In this document: piece after piece, positions 10,201-20,289 of the stretch | How positions within the stretch are numbered: position 1 is the stretch's first letter | Layout: every line of letters starts with the position of its first letter | Source of the DNA: an uncultured Gemmiger sp. | GTDB taxonomy: Bacteria; Bacillota; Clostridia; Oscillospirales; Ruminococcaceae | Reading direction: 5' to 3' | Assembly: GCA_947631565.1 (NCBI GenBank) | Contig: CANRLV010000004.1 | Span: 1,662-65,661, forward strand | DNA length: 64,000 bases | Program-made: the position numbers and the translations under genes | The notes under the pieces: model-generated | Database searches by the model: none | What the model was told of the DNA's origin: nothing | Seen by the model: only the letters and a program-made list of their open reading frames with translations

Positions 10201-10316
10201 TGGAGCAGGAGCTGGGCATCACCGCCACCCCCGCACTGGCCAGGGTGCCGGGAAAAGCGGAGGAAAAGACCACGGAAAAGGCCGACCAAACGCCCGCCGC
10301 CACCGCCGCAAAATAG
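7272..10316 (+). CDS. MscS-family channel with two N-terminal extracellular Cache-like domains
   Basis: C-terminal MscS signature ASAGIFSLVIGLGAQSLINDILAGLFIIFEGQFHVGDIVTIGDWRGTVTSIGLRTTRI; two TM-flanked regions with Cache-type motifs GEDGCSFVVSKRDGTFRYHSDPELIG and GENGFAFAVSRETGELVYYPDDRFIG. Confidence 0.8.
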   Translation: MRYLRKHRRLFMGLVEAVFLAALCGFLLWMQGTLSTASQQREMHAKVEQLRQGFGSVDEVELREADLFDARYGQWVMTIAYGIRHGAIQATRSGLTDLCDILNAQTDEAGMITNLLVVDLKGRKLASAHDSPADFSAARFHQLLYVFEDPDHPSVTDEEYCTSWPFSVTFSEEERYRYYGAAIDENRIAVIEQDPTVLDGMLADANVWSSLFNTVNVGEDGCSFVVSKRDGTFRYHSDPELIGCDAIAAGVDVNALEDGACLWMTVNGEDLYCGVVEDEDCFAVCAITEEEFHAFNTTTVVVVLLCFFVVITAFIAYAVLLQEHRRPPAAGEKDVRRCVTVLGFKYDGYKMRRLLTGSVIGLLVVFVSAYYMQTLFSLSSASTNNAYRLQEVDNTLARKQDSIDNISDQLTESVTVKIALAAEILNARPELINDTDLNLLSGMLVAPYVAVYDENARIVATNSGYKGFRLSDDPDDVTSNFWDLYQGYDSYVDDEPKPDELQYAAHTLRDEHGVVTGIVVLAVPPDAEYLDVLEVGSVLKDISYGENGFAFAVSRETGELVYYPDDRFIGHPAGEIGLPTALLGDTSAGYATLLGERYFVSTIETNDNYICIAAPDADLTAWRLSLTLAAAGFSFVCLLLVSLLNFEEDSPALLRRAKGPEPAEPGAACSLPRWEAELTRLGQERLREDAKAPEHSVMALLQKLLMVLSVLITVTVLFAEKFYDPNSVLRYVIEGGWQRGVNIFAFTGCLLLICALYTGIILCNQILSLFSVIADARGRTICQLFGNIIKYTLVLVGVYYCLAMLGVDTATLVASAGIFSLVIGLGAQSLINDILAGLFIIFEGQFHVGDIVTIGDWRGTVTSIGLRTTRIENSYGDVKSISNHTVTGVVNRTQKPSTAKVDLFIPANCSLSAIEALLPQALPEIGRRLSAIQNGPFYRGVVTANNIGITVRFTARCAEQDRSQLTRDMTRALRLMLEQELGITATPALARVPGKAEEKTTEKADQTPAATAAK

Positions 10317-10331
10317 CCCCGCCAACACGGT

Positions 10332-10365
10332 GCGCCGCCGCCATTTCAAAAAATGGCGGCGGCGC
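10332..10365. terminator. Stem-loop after the MscS gene
   Basis: GCGCCGCCGCCATTT/AAATGGCGGCGGCGC perfect inverted repeat. Confidence 0.6.
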
Positions 10366-10555
10366 TCACCTGTCATAAAAATGCCTTGCGCCTGCCTGCG
10401 GCGACTTGCTGCGGCATTTTTGCTAAAGAGGTATCGGCTCTGCGTCTGTGGCCTAAGAGCCGCGCTTTGCGCGGTTGGCCTCCGATATGCGCGGGTGCTA
10501 CCGCGTATGTCGGTCAGGGCCGATGGTTTAAAAATATGTCTTTTTTGACAGTCTG
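10366..10555. mobile_element. Second MITE-like element
   Basis: Right end CTTTTTTGACAGTCTG (10540-10555) is the exact reverse complement of 3969-3984; degenerate left end CACCTGTCATAAAA; several internal hairpins; starts at the foot of a stem-loop. Confidence 0.5.
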
Positions 10556-10572
10556 TGCGCGATTCGATCCTG

Positions 10573-11472
10573 TCAGCCGGTAAATTCTACCACCGGCTGC
10601 TCATACAGACCGAACCGGTTCACAAATTCCAAATCACTCTCCCATTTTTCCCGCGCGTTGGGGCAGCGTTCACCGCGCTGCACGATAAACCGGGTAAGTA
10701 TATCTTTGATCTCCGCCTTGCTGCTTTTTCCGCTGACGATCAAATCGGTAAGGATATTTTGGCGCTGTACCGTATACAATCCGGTCGAGTACCCGTTGCG
10801 GCTGAGCACGGTATCAGGATTGTAGGTCCAGGTATCCCGCGGGTCCGCCCATGTTTCGTTGCCGGTAATATGGTGCCGGGTGATTTTCAGCGGACCATAC
10901 TTCCGTTCATAGTGGGCGAGGGACTGCGCGTCGATAAAATACGTTTGGCAATGGCGGCAGCACTGCATATCCATCTCCACCGTATGCGGCGGTGTGCCGC
11001 GGGTCTTGACCCGTGCGCAGACATTCTCGATGCTGTCAAATCCATACCGGAAAAAGCACCTTGTACAGCGGCACCGGTCGGAATATACATAGATATCGTC
11101 ATAGGCCGCCCATCGTATCCTGCGGGCGACATGGTTCTTGCGGAAGGGGTTATAGAACCGTTCCTCCGGCCGAAAGTTGTAGCGCAGCAGCGTATAATTG
11201 ACGCCATTGCATTCAAATTCCACCGGGAATCTTTCTTTTGCGGCCGCCCGCATGATCTCGGTCGTGATGGGGTGGTCCCAGCACAGGCGGGAAAAGCTGT
11301 CGGTGTTTTGGTCCGACCACTTTTCTTCAGTCTCCCTGTCCGAGCACAGCGCTACCTCTGTATGACCAAATCGTTCGCTTTCATAGACAGCATAGGCAAA
11401 GAACAACAGTTTCACCTTCCTGTTAAACCCCGGTTCCCATTCCGCCGTTTGGTGGAATGGGAACCGGGGCAT
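10573..11472 (-). CDS. Hypothetical protein with Cys clusters
   Basis: 299-aa ORF co-oriented with ptsI; CRCTRC and CCRHC motifs; visibly lower GC than neighbours; start uncertain. Confidence 0.6.
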   Translation of the reverse strand: MPRFPFHQTAEWEPGFNRKVKLLFFAYAVYESERFGHTEVALCSDRETEEKWSDQNTDSFSRLCWDHPITTEIMRAAAKERFPVEFECNGVNYTLLRYNFRPEERFYNPFRKNHVARRIRWAAYDDIYVYSDRCRCTRCFFRYGFDSIENVCARVKTRGTPPHTVEMDMQCCRHCQTYFIDAQSLAHYERKYGPLKITRHHITGNETWADPRDTWTYNPDTVLSRNGYSTGLYTVQRQNILTDLIVSGKSSKAEIKDILTRFIVQRGERCPNAREKWESDLEFVNRFGLYEQPVVEFTG

Positions 11473-11500
11473 TTTGGTGCTTGGTGCCTGTTTCCCGGCT

Positions 11501-13180
11501 TCAGATGCGGTGGTGGTCGGCGGCCAGCTCGTCGAGGATGCGCTGCGCGCTCTCGCGCGTGTCGGTCATGCGCACGGCGTTGCGCAGCGGCAGCACGCTG
11601 CGCGGCGTGACGGACAGTTCATCCACGCCGATGGCCAGGAAGGTCTCGGTCAGCTCGAGGTCCGCCCCCAGCTCGCCGCAGATGCCCATCCAGATGCCCG
11701 CCCTGTGGGCGTTGTCGGCCACCATTTTCAGCAGCCGCAGCACGGCCGGGTGGTGCGGGTCATAGAAGCGGCCCAGGTCGTTGTTCTGGCGGTCACAGGC
11801 GAGGGTATACTGCGTCAGGTCGTTGGTGCCGCAGCTGAAGAAATCGACCTCGTACGCCAGGCGGTCGCTCATCACGGCGGCGGCCGGCGTCTCGATCATG
11901 ATGCCGACCTGTACATGGTCGCTGTAGGGGATGCCCTCTTTTTTGAGCTCCGCCTTGACGGCCTCGCACATCTTTTTGGCCTCACGGACCTCCCACACGC
12001 TCGTCACCATCGGGAACATGATGCCTAAGTGCCCGTAGGCGCTGGCGCGGTAGAGCGCGCGCAGCTGGGTGCGGAAGAAATCCGGCCGGGTCAGGCTGAT
12101 GCGCAGCGCGCGCAGGCCCATGGCGGGGTTTTCCTCCTTCGGCAGGTCAAAGTAGTCGATCTGCTTGTCGGCGCCGATGTCACAGGTGCGGATGATGACC
12201 TCGCGGTCGCCCATGTCGGACAGTACCTTTTTGTACGCCTCGAACTGCTCGTCCTCGGTCGGGTAGTCGGCGCTGTTGAGGTAGAGGAACTCGCTGCGGA
12301 ACAGCCCGATGCCGCCGCCGTCGTTGGTCAGCACGGCGTGCACATCCTCGGGGCTGCCGATGTTGCAGTAGATGCGGATGGTCTTGCCGTCCCTGGTGAT
12401 GTTCTCCTGCCCCTTGAGCGTCTCGAGCAGGCGCTGCAGGCGCAGCTGCTCCTCGCGCTTTTTCTCCATCCGGGCGCGGGTGTCGTCGTCGGGGTCGATG
12501 ATGACGGCACCGGTGCCGCCGTCGGCGATGACGAAGCGGCCCTCATATTCGGGCTTCAGCTGGTCGCCGACGCCGACGATGGCCGGGATGCCCATCGTGC
12601 GGGCCAGAATGGCGGTGTGGCTGGAGCCCGAGCCGCCGGCCGTGATGAAGCCCAAGATCTTCGATTTGTCGAGCTGCACGGTCTCGGAGGGGGCGAGGTC
12701 ATCGGCGGCCAGCAGCACCGGCACCTCGCTGGCGATGCCGCCTTCGACGGTGCCGGAGAGGATGCCCAAAATGCGGCGGGACACGTCCTTGACGTCGGCC
12801 GCGCGGGCCTGCATATAGCTGTCGTCCATGGCGGCGAACATCTCGGCGAACTGGGCCGCCGTGTCGTCCACGGCCGCCTCGGCGTTCTGCTTCTCTTCCT
12901 TGATAAGCCCTTCGATGGCCTCCTCATAGTCGAGGTCCTCGGCCATCATCTGGTGCGTCTCGAACAGCATGGCGGCCTCGTCGCCGGCGTCGGCGCGGGC
13001 CTTCTCGGCAAGCGCCCCCAGCTGCTCGATGGCGGTGGCCTGCGCGGCCTTGAAGCGCGCCCACTCGGCCTCGGCGTCGGTGACGGTGTAGCGGGTGACG
13101 GTGGTCTTGGCGCGCTGGTAGAAGTAAAGCGGTCCCATGCCCACGCCGGCGGACACGCCCTTGCCCTGTACGGTGATCAT
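11501..13180 (-). CDS. ptsI: PTS enzyme I (PEP-protein phosphotransferase)
   Basis: SHTAILAR phospho-His motif, GIGLFRSEFLY, GTNDLTQY, ICGELG; start MITVQGKG at 13180 with AAGGAG RBS. Confidence 0.95.
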   Translation of the reverse strand: MITVQGKGVSAGVGMGPLYFYQRAKTTVTRYTVTDAEAEWARFKAAQATAIEQLGALAEKARADAGDEAAMLFETHQMMAEDLDYEEAIEGLIKEEKQNAEAAVDDTAAQFAEMFAAMDDSYMQARAADVKDVSRRILGILSGTVEGGIASEVPVLLAADDLAPSETVQLDKSKILGFITAGGSGSSHTAILARTMGIPAIVGVGDQLKPEYEGRFVIADGGTGAVIIDPDDDTRARMEKKREEQLRLQRLLETLKGQENITRDGKTIRIYCNIGSPEDVHAVLTNDGGGIGLFRSEFLYLNSADYPTEDEQFEAYKKVLSDMGDREVIIRTCDIGADKQIDYFDLPKEENPAMGLRALRISLTRPDFFRTQLRALYRASAYGHLGIMFPMVTSVWEVREAKKMCEAVKAELKKEGIPYSDHVQVGIMIETPAAAVMSDRLAYEVDFFSCGTNDLTQYTLACDRQNNDLGRFYDPHHPAVLRLLKMVADNAHRAGIWMGICGELGADLELTETFLAIGVDELSVTPRSVLPLRNAVRMTDTRESAQRILDELAADHHRI

Positions 13181-13263
13181 AGCGGTATTCTCCTTACGTT
13201 CGTAAAAGTATGCGGCAAAGGGCGGCCGGCCACGAAACGCGGCGGCCGCCCTTGTGGTGCGGT

Positions 13264-13521
13264 TTACAGGTTGGCCTTGAAGAAAGCCTCCAGCGCGGGG
13301 GCGGCGGTGTCCTCGTCGGGGCCCTCGACGGTGACGGTGACGGTGTCGCCGCACTTGACGCCCATGCCCATCAGCGCCATCAGCTTGAGCGCGTTGACGC
13401 TCTTGTCGCCCTTCGCGATGGTGACGGTGCTCTGGTAGCCCTTGACTTCCTTGACCAGCAGGCCGGCCGGGCGGGCATGGATGCCGACGGCCTCCTGGAT
13501 GGTGTATTCAAACGATTTCAT
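13264..13521 (-). CDS. ptsH: HPr phosphocarrier protein
   Basis: 85 aa with GIHARPA His15 motif. Confidence 0.95.
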   Translation of the reverse strand: MKSFEYTIQEAVGIHARPAGLLVKEVKGYQSTVTIAKGDKSVNALKLMALMGMGVKCGDTVTVTVEGPDEDTAAPALEAFFKANL

Positions 13522-13657
13522 GGGTACAGTCCCTCCTGTTTGTTGCCGGCCGGGCGGCCGGCTTGCTTTATTTGGTTAAATTGTAGCACACGGCGCGCGC
13601 AGCGTCAACCAAAAACAGCCGAAAATCCCGGCAAAATTTGGGCAAAACTCCGAAAAT

Positions 13658-16798
<3,141 letters not shown>

Positions 16799-16867
16799 TT
16801 ACCCTGCCCTTAAAGGAGCGCTTGCCCCATCCCGGCCGAATGCGGGCGCGCCCTTTTGCTTTTCTTA

Positions 16868-16896
16868 ATGATACCGGAGAGAAAGCCGTTTGTAAA
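16868..16896 (-). promoter_or_regulatory. Sigma-A-like promoter of the PTS operon
   Basis: Minus strand TTTACA-N17-TATCAT, about 200 nt upstream of the start codon. Confidence 0.5.
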
Positions 16897-16960
16897 TGCT
16901 TCAATACACCAAAGTTTTAAAGCCAGGTTTGTACGTTTTGCACAAATCGTTCGTCAAAAT

Positions 16961-17740
16961 TCACCCGAGATTATCCAGAACGCACTGCAAAATGTCCTCC
17001 ACACGCGCACAGTGGTTGGCGTAGCGGGCGCGCAGCGCGGGCGCGGCGGCGTCCACGATGTAGGGCGTGCCGACGGCGTCGAGCATGGCAACGTCGTTGT
17101 AGTTGTCGCCGAAAGCCATGACCTCGTCGGGGGAAAGGTCGAAAGCTTTGCACAGCCCCTGCACGCCGAGACCCTTGTTGGCGAGCGTAGTATCTATCCA
17201 AAGCGGACCGGCCACGGCGGCGTTGGCCGCTTTCCATTTGGGCACGAAGCGCTCGACAAAGGGGTCGATGCCCTCGCGCACATACATGGATACCTTGACG
17301 ATGTCCTCCGGCACCTGGGCCGGGTCGTCGATGAAGGTATGGCGGTTGCCGATGAAGTCGATGCGGTCGGCCATGCCGCGGCCGCGGCTCATCAGGTAGG
17401 CCATGTTCTCGCCCGAGAGCATGACCTCGCCGCGCCCGTCGGAGTTCTGCCAGAAATCGCGGGCGATGCGCTCGGCCAGCTCGCGCGGCATGGGGGTCTT
17501 GGCGAGCAGCTTTTCTTTATAAAACAGCGTGGCGCCGTTCTCGCACAAAAAGGCGCAGTGCTCCGCCACCGGCGCGAACAGCTTGCGCAGGCTCGTGTAC
17601 TGGCGGCCGCTGGCCGGGCAGAACACCACCCCCCTGGCGGAAAGGGCCCGGATCAGGGCAAAGACCTCCTCGCCCAGCACGCTGGGCGCGCCATAGGGGA
17701 TGAGGGTGCCGTCCAGGTCGCTGCAGATCATTTTTATCAT
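16961..17740 (-). CDS. Cof-type HAD-IIB hydrolase
   Basis: DLDGTL, ASGR, ENGA and AFGDNYNDVAML motifs. Confidence 0.9.
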   Translation of the reverse strand: MIKMICSDLDGTLIPYGAPSVLGEEVFALIRALSARGVVFCPASGRQYTSLRKLFAPVAEHCAFLCENGATLFYKEKLLAKTPMPRELAERIARDFWQNSDGRGEVMLSGENMAYLMSRGRGMADRIDFIGNRHTFIDDPAQVPEDIVKVSMYVREGIDPFVERFVPKWKAANAAVAGPLWIDTTLANKGLGVQGLCKAFDLSPDEVMAFGDNYNDVAMLDAVGTPYIVDAAAPALRARYANHCARVEDILQCVLDNLG

Positions 17741-17965
17741 GGTATCTCCACCTCATGGCCAGTATACCATGCCGGCGGCGGGTTTGGCAACGCCGGGGCG
17801 GCGCGGGTGGCAAAAAAAGCTCGATATTTTTGGTAAAATTGCGCGCCGAATGTGCCGGAATTTCCATACCCAGCGCGCAAAAAGCATGGTATAATAAAAA
17901 TAATTCCGGGCCCGGCAGGCGGCCGGCCCGACTTTTGAGCACCGAAAAAAAGGAGGGTTTTCCCT

Positions 17966-19198
17966 ATGGGCAAAAACGCGATCGTGGGCCAGTCCGGCGG
18001 CCCGACCTCGGTCATCAATGCCAGCCTGGCCGGCGTGTTTGAGAGCTGTATGCGCCGCGGGGCCGAAAAGGTCTACGGGATGCTGCACGGCGTGGCGGGC
18101 CTGCTGGACGGGCGCTATGTCGATTTGAGCGACAAGTTCCCCACCCCGATGGACATCGAGCTGCTCAAGCGCACGCCGTCGAGCTACCTCGGCAGCTGCC
18201 GCTACAAGCTGCCCGACTGGCAGGACCCCGAGGGCGAGGCCGTCTACCAGCGGCTGTTCGACCTGCTGGAGGCGCTGGACATCGGCTGGTTCTTCTACAT
18301 CGGCGGCAATGACAGCATGGACACCATCGGCAAGCTGGCCGACTACGGCGCCCATGTGGGCAGCGATATCCGTTTTATGGGCGTGCCCAAGACCATCGAC
18401 AACGACCTGATGGTCACCGACCACACGCCCGGCTACGGCAGCGCCGCCAAGTACATCGGCGTGGTGATGAAGGAGATCATCCGCGACGCCACCGTCTACG
18501 GCACCAAGTATGTGACCATCGTCGAGATCATGGGCCGCAACGCCGGCTGGCTGACCGCCGCCGCCGCCCTGGCCAAGGCCGACGACTGCGAGGGCGTGGA
18601 CATGATCTGCCTGCCCGAGATCCCCTTCAACGTCGACCGCTTCGTCGACAAGGTCCGCCGTATGCAGGCGCTCAAGCCCAGCGTCGTCATCGCCGTGAGC
18701 GAGGGCGTCAAGCTCGAGGACGGGCGCTATGTGTGCGAGTTGGCCGACGACGTGCACGCGGTGGACGCCTTCGGCCACAAGGCCCTGACCGGCACGGCCC
18801 GCTTCCTGGCCAACACGGTGGCCCGCCGGCTGGAGACCAAGACCCGCAGCATCGAGCTGGCCACCCTGCAGCGCTGCGCCGGCCATGTGACCAGCCGCAC
18901 CGACATCACCGAGGCCTACCAGGTCGGCGGCGCCGCCGCCAAGGCCGCCTTTGAGGGCCACACCGGCGAGATGGTCGCGCTCAAGCGCATCTCCAACGCG
19001 CCCTACCAGTGCACGACCGAGCTGCACCCCATCAGCGAGGTGGCCAACCTGGAAAAGAAGGTCCCGCTGGAGTGGATCAACGAGAACCGCACCGGTATGC
19101 TGCCGGAATTCCTGGCCTATGTGCGCCCGCTCATCCAGGCCGAGCTGACCCCCATCTACGTCGAGGGCCTGCCGCGGCACATCTATCAGCCGGAATAA
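17966..19198 (+). CDS. pfkA: Phosphofructokinase, probably PPi-dependent
   Basis: GQSGGP, IGGNDSMD, PKTIDND and EIMGRNAGW motifs; extended -10 TGGTATAAT at 17887-17895. Confidence 0.9.
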   Translation: MGKNAIVGQSGGPTSVINASLAGVFESCMRRGAEKVYGMLHGVAGLLDGRYVDLSDKFPTPMDIELLKRTPSSYLGSCRYKLPDWQDPEGEAVYQRLFDLLEALDIGWFFYIGGNDSMDTIGKLADYGAHVGSDIRFMGVPKTIDNDLMVTDHTPGYGSAAKYIGVVMKEIIRDATVYGTKYVTIVEIMGRNAGWLTAAAALAKADDCEGVDMICLPEIPFNVDRFVDKVRRMQALKPSVVIAVSEGVKLEDGRYVCELADDVHAVDAFGHKALTGTARFLANTVARRLETKTRSIELATLQRCAGHVTSRTDITEAYQVGGAAAKAAFEGHTGEMVALKRISNAPYQCTTELHPISEVANLEKKVPLEWINENRTGMLPEFLAYVRPLIQAELTPIYVEGLPRHIYQPE

Positions 19199-19218
19199 AC
19201 CGCATTTTTCCATCATGC

Positions 19219-19248
19219 ACCGGGGCCTCTTTTGGGGCTCCGGTTTTT
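19219..19248 (+). terminator. Intrinsic terminator after pfk
   Basis: ACCGGGGCC...GGCTCCGGT followed by a T run. Confidence 0.6.
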
Positions 19249-19261
19249 GCGCGCAAATATA

Positions 19262-19290
19262 TTGACAGGTACCCCTTTGCGGTATATACT
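19262..19290 (+). promoter_or_regulatory. Sigma-A promoter of degV
   Basis: TTGACA-N17-TATACT. Confidence 0.75.
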
Positions 19291-19367
19291 GACCGTGTTT
19301 TACCGCACGGCGCAGATGGTTTCCGCGCCGTTAAGGCTCCAAACAGCATCAAGGAGGTACCGGACAG

Positions 19368-20228
19368 ATGGCTGTGCAGCTGATGAGTGATTCGGCCTGT
19401 GACCTTATGCAGCGCGAGGCGCAGGCCCTGGGCGTGACGGTGCTGCCGCTCAAGACCTGCATCGACGGGGTGGAATATCTGGACGGCGTGACCATCACGC
19501 CGGCGGAATTTTACGATAAGCTGGAGCATTGCCGGGCGCTGCCGACCACGAGCCAGCTCTCCCCCGCCGAATTTGAGGACGCTTTCCGGGCGGCAGCGGC
19601 GGGCGGAGACGAGGTCGTGGTCATCACGCTGGCCGGCAAGCTGTCCGGCACGGCGCAGAGCGCCGCCATCGCCGCCGCGCAGTTCCCGGGGCAGGTCTTT
19701 GTGGTGGACAGCGGCAGCGTGACCATCGGGCAGCAGATCCTGCTGCGGTATGCGGTGCGCCTGCGCGCGCAGGGCCAGCCGGCCGCAAAGATCGCCGCGG
19801 AGCTGGAGCGCGTCAAGCCGCACATCTGCCTGCTGGCCCGCATGGATACGCTGGAATACCTCGTCCGCGGCGGGCGGCTGCCCAAGGCGGCCGGCTTTGC
19901 GGGCACGCTGCTCAACATCAAGCCGGTCATCAGCGTCGAGGACGGCGAGGTCAAGGTGGTCGGCAAGGCGCGCGGTTCCCGCCAGAAGGACAATATGCTG
20001 ACGGATTTTATCGAAAAGAAGGGCGGCGTCGATTTCACCATGCCGGTCATGCTGGCCTATTCCGGCACCGACGATGCCCTGCTCAAGGGCTATATCGACA
20101 ACAGCCGCACGCTGTGGCAGGACCACCTTGCCGACCTGCCGGTGACGATGATCGGCAGCACCATCAGCACCCACGCCGGCCCCGGCGCCATCGCCGTGGC
20201 GTTCTTTGCCAAACAGCCGGGACTTTGA
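19368..20228 (+). CDS. DegV/FakB fatty-acid-binding protein
   Basis: SDSACDL, PTTSQ, LSGT, GGRL, LNIKP and THAGPGA motifs. Confidence 0.9.
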   Translation: MAVQLMSDSACDLMQREAQALGVTVLPLKTCIDGVEYLDGVTITPAEFYDKLEHCRALPTTSQLSPAEFEDAFRAAAAGGDEVVVITLAGKLSGTAQSAAIAAAQFPGQVFVVDSGSVTIGQQILLRYAVRLRAQGQPAAKIAAELERVKPHICLLARMDTLEYLVRGGRLPKAAGFAGTLLNIKPVISVEDGEVKVVGKARGSRQKDNMLTDFIEKKGGVDFTMPVMLAYSGTDDALLKGYIDNSRTLWQDHLADLPVTMIGSTISTHAGPGAIAVAFFAKQPGL

Positions 20229-20235
20229 CCGGTGC

Positions 20236-20284
20236 AGACCGGGCCGGGGGCCGCCGCAAGGCGGCCCCCGGCCCGGTCATTTTT
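20236..20284. terminator. Terminator between convergent genes
   Basis: GACCGGGCCGGGGGCCGCC-GCAA-GGCGGCCCCCGGCCCGGTC followed by ATTTT. Confidence 0.7.
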
Positions 20285-20289
20285 GCAGA

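Noticed and set aside
10555-11610. 351-aa plus-strand ORF
   Set aside because: Antisense to the 299-aa ORF and overlaps ptsI; no RBS or motifs.
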